Positions 27,096 through 36,199 are shown, numbered from the stretch's first letter. The stretch: DNA of 64,000 nt from Escherichia coli (GCF_003790525.1 NZ_CP033635.1); one strand, 5' to 3'. Numbers and translations: made by a program. The notes: generated by a model not told the origin, from the letters alone.

Positions 27096-28265
27096 TCAGG
27101 CGGTTTCTCTTGCTGTCACTACGCCATTTTGCGCAGCCCACAGATTCACATCTTCCTTACGAATGGCGGCGGCCATCATGCCGGGGAATAAATCTGGGGT
27201 ACAGGCAAAGGAGGGAATACCCATGGCGGCGAGTTTTCCTGCCAGTGACCGGTCGTAAAACGGCGCACCTTCATCGCTTAAGGCCAGCAGGGTAACCACC
27301 TGTACGCCGGACTGAATCAACTCACTGGCGCGTTGCAACAGATTGCGTTCCACCCCGCCTTCGTAGAGGTCGGAAATCAGCACCAGAATGGTATTGCGCG
27401 GATCGCGAATCAAAGACTGGCAGTAGCCCACCGCGCGGTTGATGTCGGTGCCGCCACCCAGCTGTACGCCAAACAGCAGCTCTACCGGATCGTCGAGCTT
27501 CTCTGTCATATCAACGACTGCGGTGTCGAAAACCACCAGATGCGTTTTTACCGCCGGGAGCGATGCCATTACTGCGCCAAAAATACTGGAATAGACCACC
27601 GAGGAGGCCATCGACCCACTCTGGTCGATACATAAAATGATCTCCTTTTGCGTGCGTTGAGACTTGCGCCCGTAGCCGATCAGCGTTTCAGGAACAATAC
27701 TTTTATACTCTTCCTGCCAGTGGCGCAGGTTGGCGCGAATGGTGCGCTGCCAGTCAATTTCCGCGTGGCGCGGGCGACGATTACGTACCGCACGATTAAG
27801 AGCGCCGCTTACCGCGCTACGCATTGGCTCTTCAAGCTGTTTCATCAATTGCTCGACAACTTTACGCACCACAAGCCTGGCGGTTTCTTTGGTTTTGGCC
27901 GGAATTACGCCATTCAGCGACATCAGCGTGGAGACCAGATGAACATCAGGCTGGACGTTTGCCAGCATCTCCGGCTCCAGCAACATACTGTGCAAATTAA
28001 GACGTTCAAAGGCGTCTTTTTGCATCACCTGAACCACAGAAGAAGGGAAATACTGGCGAATATCACCCAGCCAGCGAGCGACTTTGGGTGACGATCCACC
28101 CGTGCCGCCGCGTAATCCATGTTTACCCTCTGGCTGATACAGCGCCGCCAGCGCGGCATCAATCGCGGACTCTCTGGCATCCAGCGCCACGTTACAGGCA
28201 TTGTCGGCATCTTCTCCAAGGATCAGACGCCAGCGGCGCAGCCGTTCCATTTCGTTACTCGACAT
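27096..28265 (-). CDS. von Willebrand factor A (VWA) domain protein with complete MIDAS motif (389 aa); fifth gene of novel operon
   Basis: DQSGSM (DxSxS), GGGTD and LISDLYEGG motifs seen in the translation; start overlaps the upstream gene's stop by 11 nt. Confidence 0.85.
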   Translation of the reverse strand: MSSNEMERLRRWRLILGEDADNACNVALDARESAIDAALAALYQPEGKHGLRGGTGGSSPKVARWLGDIRQYFPSSVVQVMQKDAFERLNLHSMLLEPEMLANVQPDVHLVSTLMSLNGVIPAKTKETARLVVRKVVEQLMKQLEEPMRSAVSGALNRAVRNRRPRHAEIDWQRTIRANLRHWQEEYKSIVPETLIGYGRKSQRTQKEIILCIDQSGSMASSVVYSSIFGAVMASLPAVKTHLVVFDTAVVDMTEKLDDPVELLFGVQLGGGTDINRAVGYCQSLIRDPRNTILVLISDLYEGGVERNLLQRASELIQSGVQVVTLLALSDEGAPFYDRSLAGKLAAMGIPSFACTPDLFPGMMAAAIRKEDVNLWAAQNGVVTARETA

Positions 28266-30504
28266 GATTTTCCCTTTCGTGTGGTGGCAAAGCCAGAATG
28301 CGGCGCAGTAGCGGCAGCATTAACGCGGCACGCTGTTCATCCCATATACCGCTGGTCTCTTCTTGCTGCGCGACACGCTCGCCCTGCGCGGCGCGTTCGC
28401 CTAACTGGCGGCGTTCCGGGCTGGAAAAACGGCCGAATGTCCGCCGCAGCATCGGCAGGATCCGGGTGAAGTGATTGTCGTTCAGGCCGCTTAGCCAGGC
28501 ATCGATCAACTGCCATAATTCGCTATTGTGCAGTAGCACCATCGCGCTGTCGTTGAGGAAACCTTCCGCCCATGCGGCACTTTCCGCCGGGGGATTGGCT
28601 GGCGATAGCGCCAGGTTCATCAGCGTGCTGATCCGTTCTGTCGTTAACGTTTGCAGATCAAACAACAGGCGCGTCGCCGTTCCGCGAAGCAGCGCGTGTG
28701 CGGTACTGCCCTCTGCCAGCACCATCAACGCCTGCAACCAGCCCGCCAATAGATCTTCGTTATCCAGCAACCGCAGCGCGGCGTGGGCGTCGATAACTTT
28801 TTCTCTCATACTGGCGGCGCTGTCGTCGTTGAGCGCCGAACAGGCTCCGGGTAGGGCGATGGCGGCGCGCGGGGCGAGGCTCATCAGTACCTGCATTACC
28901 ATACCAGAGTCGGTCTGGCGCACGTTGCCGTAGCGGACAATCGCCACCAGTGGTGCCAGGGCTTCCAGCAACTGTTCGATATTGCCCTGAGTGGCAGCCA
29001 GTGATTCCAGTGTATTGGCGATGGGGGCAATCGCGGTCTGTAAATCGGCCAGTAGCACCTGTTGGATAAGCTTTGCCAGTTCCGGCAGCGTGCTGGCGTA
29101 TTGCGCCCTCACAATGGCATAGCGGGAGCTGGCCTGCTCAATGCTGTTACCCCAACGGCTGGCGGTAATGATGTTGATTGCCAGTGCCGGTTCCCAGCGC
29201 AGCGACCAGACTTCGTGGAACGTCCCTTTGCTGTTATTTCCTTGTCCAGCCAGACGGCCCCAGGAAATGTCGAGTAAGGTCAGGCGATGCAGTAAATGGC
29301 TACGCGCCAGATCGCCGGGTTTGCGCAGATCAAGATCCAGCACTTTTTCGCTGGCTTCTGCCTTCAGGCGCAGCGTTTTTTGCTGTTGCGTAATGTCGCG
29401 TTGGAGCGGCACGACGGGCGTATCATCCGGTACGCTTCCCAGCGCGTCGCCGACAATTAACTTCTGGCGAATCATCTGCATTGGCGCGCTTTCGCCCATA
29501 CACACTACGGTTTGCAGCGCTTCGCAAAGTTCGTCAAGCCCCGGCTGCGGGTGATGGCGCATAATCGCCAGCGTCTGCGCCAGCCGCGCCGCTTCGATAA
29601 TGTGGGCGCTGGAACAGTCGAGATCGGCTTCGCGAAACAGCCTTGCCGCGCGTGACAGCCAGCCGATATCGCGGTGAGAAGCGCCCTGATAACGCCACAG
29701 ATGATCGTACCATTCCGGTGACACCACCCCTGCGCCATAACCGCTGGCGCGGCTTAACGCCTCGTAGCTCCAGGGCGTCCAGGCTGCCGCGACCTTGCAC
29801 TTCGGCAAATTTTTCAGCAGTTCGTTATCATTCTTTGCGGGCGGCAGGTTTTCCAGCGCCGGAACGTGCCACGCACCGCAGACTACCGCGATGCGCGAGA
29901 AGCCCTCTTTTTTCGCCTGACGTAGCGTCTTGCGCATATACGCTTCACGCAGTTGATCTCTGGCTGAGTTTCGGGCTTCGGGAGTTGCCTGGCGTAGGGC
30001 AATCATCGCCTCGCGAATCGCCTCGAACAGAGACAAATCATCTTCGCGTTCCTCTACTCTGTGGCTCCACCAGCTTTCCCCATCGGTGTAACCGGCGGCG
30101 CGGCCCAGCCAGTCCAGCGGATCGCCGTCGGGACTGGCTTCAACGGCATCATCGTCATCGCTCTCTTTTTCGTCATCAAGCGCGAACTGATGACTGATGG
30201 GCAAGTCCATAAAGCGCACGGCGATATTTTGCTCAAAACCATAGCGCAGCGCCTGCCATTCCGGGGAGAACGCCGCAAAGGGGTAAAACGCGGCGTGATG
30301 TGAGTCGTCCGGGGCATAAATCAGTAGCGCGACCGGCGGTTGCATCTGTTCATGCTGCATAAAAGGCAGGATGGATTCGCCGTCGGGCGGCCCTTCCACC
30401 AGCAGGCAGTCGGGCTGTAGCGTCTCCAGCGCCTTTCGCAGGCTGCGCGCGCAGCCAGGGCCATGGTGACGGATGCCAAACAAATGAACGGTTTGTTCAG
30501 TCAT
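28255..30504 (-). CDS. Large hypothetical protein (749 aa), no motif recognised; fourth gene of novel operon
   Basis: Uninterrupted 2.25-kb ORF; AAGG RBS in the 17-nt gap after the AAA+ gene; acidic stretch DDEKESDDDDAVEASPDGD; helical Leu/Ala-rich C-terminal half. Confidence 0.8.
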   Translation of the reverse strand: MTEQTVHLFGIRHHGPGCARSLRKALETLQPDCLLVEGPPDGESILPFMQHEQMQPPVALLIYAPDDSHHAAFYPFAAFSPEWQALRYGFEQNIAVRFMDLPISHQFALDDEKESDDDDAVEASPDGDPLDWLGRAAGYTDGESWWSHRVEEREDDLSLFEAIREAMIALRQATPEARNSARDQLREAYMRKTLRQAKKEGFSRIAVVCGAWHVPALENLPPAKNDNELLKNLPKCKVAAAWTPWSYEALSRASGYGAGVVSPEWYDHLWRYQGASHRDIGWLSRAARLFREADLDCSSAHIIEAARLAQTLAIMRHHPQPGLDELCEALQTVVCMGESAPMQMIRQKLIVGDALGSVPDDTPVVPLQRDITQQQKTLRLKAEASEKVLDLDLRKPGDLARSHLLHRLTLLDISWGRLAGQGNNSKGTFHEVWSLRWEPALAINIITASRWGNSIEQASSRYAIVRAQYASTLPELAKLIQQVLLADLQTAIAPIANTLESLAATQGNIEQLLEALAPLVAIVRYGNVRQTDSGMVMQVLMSLAPRAAIALPGACSALNDDSAASMREKVIDAHAALRLLDNEDLLAGWLQALMVLAEGSTAHALLRGTATRLLFDLQTLTTERISTLMNLALSPANPPAESAAWAEGFLNDSAMVLLHNSELWQLIDAWLSGLNDNHFTRILPMLRRTFGRFSSPERRQLGERAAQGERVAQQEETSGIWDEQRAALMLPLLRRILALPPHERENHVE

Positions 30505-30521
30505 AGTGGTTGCCTTGCTGA

Positions 30522-31616
30522 TTACACAATTTCGCGGCAGGCGCGATAGAGATCGTTCCAGTCGCTGCGCTCTTTGACTATAGTTTCCAGATATTCACGC
30601 CATACCACGTCGTCCTGCACGGGATCTTTTACCACCGCGCCGATAAGGCTTGCGGCGATATCCCGCGGATGTAGCACGCCGTCGCCAAAATGGCCCGCCA
30701 GCGCCATACCGTTGTTGATAACGGAGATCGCCTCCGCGGTGCTGAGAGTACTGGTTGGCGACTTAATTTTCGTTTTGCCGTCAACCGTCAGGCCGTTTCG
30801 CAGTTCGCGGAAGATTTGCACGACTCGCTGGATCTCTTTAAGCGCTGGCGGTTCGGCAGGAAGTGCCAGCGCCTGACCCAGTTCGGCGACGCGGCGAGTG
30901 ACAATGTTAATCTCTTCTTCTTCGCTGGCGGGTACGGGCAAAATGACCGTGTTGAAACGACGTTTAAGTGCGGAAGAAAGCTCGTTAACGCCTTTATCCC
31001 GGTTGTTGGCGGTGGCGATAACGTTAAAGCCGCGCGTCGCCTGGACCTCTTCATTCAGTTCGGGGATAGGCAGCGTTTTTTCCGACAGGATCGTGATCAG
31101 CGTGTCCTGAACATCGGCAGGAATACGCGTCAGCTCTTCTACGCGGGCAATCTGCCCGCGTGCCATCGCCCGCATCAATGGGCTTTCTACCAGCGCCGAA
31201 CGTGACGGACCTTTAGAGAGCAACTCCGCGTAGTTCCAGCCATAACGCATTTGTTCTTCACCGGTGCCTGCGGTGCCCTGAATAATTAACGTTGAGTCGC
31301 CGCTGATGGCAGCCGCCAGATGTTCAGAGACCCAGGATTTCGCAGTGCCGGGTACGCCATACAACAGCAGTGCGCGATCGGTTGCCAGCGTGGCAACGGC
31401 GGTTTCGATAATCCGCCTGTTGCCGATATATTTCGGCGTGACCTCAAAACCATTTTCCAGTTGCCCGCCTAACAGATAAGTAGCAACGGACCACGGAGAA
31501 ATAGCCCAGTTTTCCGGGCGCGGATGAGTATCGTTTTTTTGCAGCTCATCCAGTTCTTCTGCAAATTGTTGTTCGGCATGTCGGCGTAAAACGGCGGCAG
31601 TAGCGGTGGAAGTCAT
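30522..31616 (-). CDS. MoxR-like AAA+ ATPase (364 aa from ATG 31616); third gene of novel operon
   Basis: Walker A LLLYGVPGTAKS (GxPGxAKS, MoxR-type), Walker B-like IARVEELTRIPADVQ, sensor-1 NVIATANN, Arg finger LKRRF; ATG overlaps the upstream stop as ATGA. Confidence 0.85.
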   Translation of the reverse strand: MTSTATAAVLRRHAEQQFAEELDELQKNDTHPRPENWAISPWSVATYLLGGQLENGFEVTPKYIGNRRIIETAVATLATDRALLLYGVPGTAKSWVSEHLAAAISGDSTLIIQGTAGTGEEQMRYGWNYAELLSKGPSRSALVESPLMRAMARGQIARVEELTRIPADVQDTLITILSEKTLPIPELNEEVQATRGFNVIATANNRDKGVNELSSALKRRFNTVILPVPASEEEEINIVTRRVAELGQALALPAEPPALKEIQRVVQIFRELRNGLTVDGKTKIKSPTSTLSTAEAISVINNGMALAGHFGDGVLHPRDIAASLIGAVVKDPVQDDVVWREYLETIVKERSDWNDLYRACREIV

Positions 31617-33217
31617 AAAGTAGTTTCTCCGACAAAAAACGAATGAAGTTGAATTCGGTGCGCCAGCGTGGCGCTCAGGGCAGTAAAGGCTGCCTCGCAA
31701 TAAGGCGTTTGTTGTGCGTCATGCGGCCACTTGTCAATGACATCATTGAGGACTTCGGGGGCCAGCAGGCAGGCGAAATCACTCATCACATGGCGCAGGG
31801 CGTAGTCAAAGCGCGCGGAATCATGTTTCACCCAACGGTGCAGCTCCGTGACCATTTGCTGGCTCAGGCGCAGGCTAAAGAGCGACGCATCCAGCGGTAA
31901 CAGGGCGATGTAGCGTTGTAAATGTTCGCCGCCCATTACCGAGAACAGTAACGTCAACACTGGCTCGTGTTCTTCTACGGGCAGGCATTGCAGAAGCTCA
32001 AAGGCGTTAATCTTCACGCCAGCAGGGGAATGAATGCTTATTCCGACGGGGAGTAGGGCGAGGAATGCCTGCGCCCACTGTGGATTTTTTTCGCGCAGGA
32101 CGGCGTGATACCAGGCGCGCAGTAGCGCCTCCTGCCAGTCGGTTTTCCCGGCCCAGCGCAGCAGTTCAACGGGGGTAGCCTGCAGTTGCGTTTGCCACCA
32201 GTCGAGCGGAACCGCTGCAACTATCTGATACAGCCACCATGCGCGCTGGCCCAACTTTTCGCCTTTGGGCTTAGTTTCTTCCAGCGCATCGGCCTTCCAC
32301 TCTGGTAAGAACGCCTCCGGGGCATCAAGGGCGACGCGCAGCATTTTTTCTTTGCCGGATAAGCCTTTTAGCCTTTCAAGTAAGGTCTCAGGAGCGGGGG
32401 ATGAACTGAGCAACGGCGCTAACCGAGACTTCATGCGCGAGATCCAGGCGCTTTCCGGCAGACAACACAGTAACCGTGCCGCAGTTTGCCGCACCTCTTT
32501 GCTGCGATCGGATAATGTCTGTTCCAGAAAGGCTTCGTCGTGTTGGGAGATCCCCACTTCCAGCACAGCCAGCAGCTGTGCGCGTTCGCGGGCATCCAGC
32601 GAACTCATCTCCTGCGCCAGCCGATCGCGACCCTGTTCCGGGGCGCGAATGCGCATTTGCGTCAGATATTGCAGACGCTGTTCGGACGTGCCGTGCAGCC
32701 ACATTTCTTCATCCAGCGGAGCGTCAGTGGAGGCGAGAACATAGCCCCAATCGGCGTTGATTTGCGCCAGCCAGCACCCGCGAGCGCCCAGAACATTGGA
32801 CAGGATGCCGCGTAGAGATGGCTTTTGCGCTCCATAATTCAGCAATGCTGGTAACAGCAGGGGCGGAGGAAGAAGTTGACGACGGACCAATAGATCAAGC
32901 GCCGACCACAGCAACCGCGGCGGTCCTTCTGACAGCAGCAGATGCAGCAGTCCCGCAAAAGCCGGGTTGTTTATTGGCTCGGCATTTTCTTTATCGATTT
33001 CCGGCAGCGGTGCGGGGTCAATCGCCTGCGGCACCCAGCCAGCCAGATGGCAGAGCGCCAGAACGCCCGCCGAGCGCAGTAGCTGTTGCTCTGCGGATGT
33101 GTTATTCGCCAGTTCAGACAGTAACAGCCCAATCTCACTTTGCGACGCCGACGGTGTAAACGCTTTTTTGTCTGTGCCGAGTAGCGCTGTGCGGGTTAAA
33201 TTTTGCCATTCGTTCAT
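31613..33217 (-). CDS. Hypothetical alpha-helical Leu-rich protein (534 aa from ATG 33217; 541 aa if 33238); second gene of novel operon
   Basis: Long ORF; ATG at 33217 forms an ATGA overlap with the SWIM gene stop; Leu/Ala/Trp-rich repeat-like sequence; no catalytic motif recognised. Confidence 0.8.
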   Translation of the reverse strand: MNEWQNLTRTALLGTDKKAFTPSASQSEIGLLLSELANNTSAEQQLLRSAGVLALCHLAGWVPQAIDPAPLPEIDKENAEPINNPAFAGLLHLLLSEGPPRLLWSALDLLVRRQLLPPPLLLPALLNYGAQKPSLRGILSNVLGARGCWLAQINADWGYVLASTDAPLDEEMWLHGTSEQRLQYLTQMRIRAPEQGRDRLAQEMSSLDARERAQLLAVLEVGISQHDEAFLEQTLSDRSKEVRQTAARLLCCLPESAWISRMKSRLAPLLSSSPAPETLLERLKGLSGKEKMLRVALDAPEAFLPEWKADALEETKPKGEKLGQRAWWLYQIVAAVPLDWWQTQLQATPVELLRWAGKTDWQEALLRAWYHAVLREKNPQWAQAFLALLPVGISIHSPAGVKINAFELLQCLPVEEHEPVLTLLFSVMGGEHLQRYIALLPLDASLFSLRLSQQMVTELHRWVKHDSARFDYALRHVMSDFACLLAPEVLNDVIDKWPHDAQQTPYCEAAFTALSATLAHRIQLHSFFVGETTL

Positions 33218-34536
33218 TGTGCGCCTCCGGTTGCCCAAATGACGCTACCGGCAAGCCAGGCGCTACAGGGCGTCAGCTGCTGACCATCCCATTCCCCCAT
33301 TAGCATAAACGGCGCGCCGCCGCTGGCCGCCAGTAACCGCCAACCCTCGTCCGACGACAGGTGCGTCGGTAAGTGCTGGCCCTGTGTCGAGACGAATCGC
33401 CAGCCGCTCTCGTGCGGGTAAATCAATATTTCGCTTACTCGCAGCGGCAGAGGCCATTGCCAGGGATTCGCGCTAAGCCGCTGCGCCATGTCATGCAGCG
33501 CGTCCGGGAGGGGTAATTCTGCAAGCGGGAATCTTTCACCGCGGGTAAACGGCTCCACAACCCGCGCCCGTAGCGGTGATGCGCCAGGGAAAAAGGCAAG
33601 CGCGCCCTGGCAGACTTGCCCGGTGATAAAGTGCTGGGGAAAGTTTTTACTACCGTGTGAATAGTCCAGCAGTAGCGCGGTGCGGTGGCTCTTTTCTCCG
33701 TACAGCCAGACCCGGCGTCGCCACAGATTATTCCCTTCTTGCGCGCTTTGACCTAAGACCTGCCAGTTATCGAGGCAGGTTAATCCGTCAGTGACGTCGT
33801 GTTTATCCGGGGGTATTCCCAATGCCGCATGGAGATCGCTAAGTTGTGCCGGGGATAACATTTGTTGCTGGCGCCAGGCGTCAATAATCAGCTGTAGCTG
33901 CCCCAGTTCTTTGCACAGGCTCGATGGCCATACCTCGGCGGTAGTAAAATGAGTGGTCAGATTGTTCAGGCGAGCGGCAATTCCCGGTAGTTGGGCGTCG
34001 ACCATGCGGGCGGCGATCCCGGCAAAAGGCAACTGTTGTGCAGAGATCTGCGCCAGACCGTGGCGGATCAGGTCGTGCATCCACTGTTCGAGGAAATCCA
34101 GCCCCGCCGTCATTTTTTGGTTGCGTGCCGCTTCCCGTTTGGCGGCAGCCTGCGGGTCGGCAGCTTTTGCCTCAGCCTGCTCTTTCTTCTCTTCTTTGCG
34201 AACCGCCCGCTGCTGGCGCGAGGTTAGCCACTCGCTTACCCATTCCGGCGGCTCGCCAGCGGTGAAACTTGCGGTGTGTTGCACCTGGAGAAAAAGCAAC
34301 GCAAGGCTATGTTTACAGGGGAATTTACGGCTGGGGCAGGAACATTTACAGGCCAGATCCTGTCTGTCGATTCGTACCTGATAAGGGCGGGAGCCGCTAC
34401 CTTTACACTCTCCCCAGAAGGCAGCCTCGCTATATCCGAGCGTCGGCCATTTTGCGGGAGCAACCAGGCCACGAGCCGCTTTAACCGAGGCGTCATCGGG
34501 CGCCAGGGCTTGCACTGATTCAACGGTCAGTTCCAT
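33214..34536 (-). CDS. SWIM zinc-finger domain protein (440 aa); first gene of novel operon
   Basis: CxCxnCxH signature at residues 63-76 (ACKCSCPSRKFPCKHSLALLF); first ORF downstream of gltD on the same strand. Confidence 0.85.
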   Translation of the reverse strand: MELTVESVQALAPDDASVKAARGLVAPAKWPTLGYSEAAFWGECKGSGSRPYQVRIDRQDLACKCSCPSRKFPCKHSLALLFLQVQHTASFTAGEPPEWVSEWLTSRQQRAVRKEEKKEQAEAKAADPQAAAKREAARNQKMTAGLDFLEQWMHDLIRHGLAQISAQQLPFAGIAARMVDAQLPGIAARLNNLTTHFTTAEVWPSSLCKELGQLQLIIDAWRQQQMLSPAQLSDLHAALGIPPDKHDVTDGLTCLDNWQVLGQSAQEGNNLWRRRVWLYGEKSHRTALLLDYSHGSKNFPQHFITGQVCQGALAFFPGASPLRARVVEPFTRGERFPLAELPLPDALHDMAQRLSANPWQWPLPLRVSEILIYPHESGWRFVSTQGQHLPTHLSSDEGWRLLAASGGAPFMLMGEWDGQQLTPCSAWLAGSVIWATGGAQ

Positions 34537-34649
34537 TACAATTCTCTATTGGCGTGGGGAAATCGATGGGGTCAAGGAGGCGTTAAGCAAAGCAGGAGGA
34601 GACTGTTTTCCGTAACAGCGTATTGCGCGTCCATCGCAAATTTGTAGTG

Positions 34650-34679
34650 AGTATAGCGGGCGGTAAATTCAGGAAACAA
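34650..34679 (-). promoter_or_regulatory. Candidate sigma70 promoter for the five-gene operon (-35 TTGTTT, 18-bp spacer, -10 TATACT on minus strand)
   Basis: Hexamers read on the reverse complement ~115-140 nt upstream of the SWIM start codon; heuristic only. Confidence 0.3.
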
Positions 34680-34721
34680 TGGCGGATAGCGGAAAGTGTA
34701 GTTTTTCGGAAAAAGATAACT

Positions 34722-34760
34722 TTATCCCGTGTAACCCGTTTTAAGCGGGCTACACGGGAG
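34722..34760 (-). terminator. Hairpin downstream of gltD (candidate terminator or attenuator)
   Basis: Inverted repeat cccgtgtaacccg / cgggctacacggg 10-45 nt after the gltD stop; the trailing U-tract on the minus strand is interrupted. Confidence 0.4.
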
Positions 34761-34768
34761 GCTGCAAT

Positions 34769-36199
<1,431 letters not shown>

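Noticed and set aside
29643-34381. Several 140-185-aa plus-strand ORFs (29643..30197, 30690..31205, 32265..32744, 33953..34381) within the novel operon region
   Set aside because: All lie antisense to the five long, translationally coupled minus-strand genes; Arg/Ser/Ala-rich low-complexity translations consistent with GC-rich antisense frames.
26059-34768. Possibility that the accessory interval is a prophage, integrative element or IS-mediated insertion
   Set aside because: No integrase, recombinase, transposase, tRNA gene, phage structural gene or obvious terminal repeat was found; origin remains open but a mobile-element call is not supported by what I can see.
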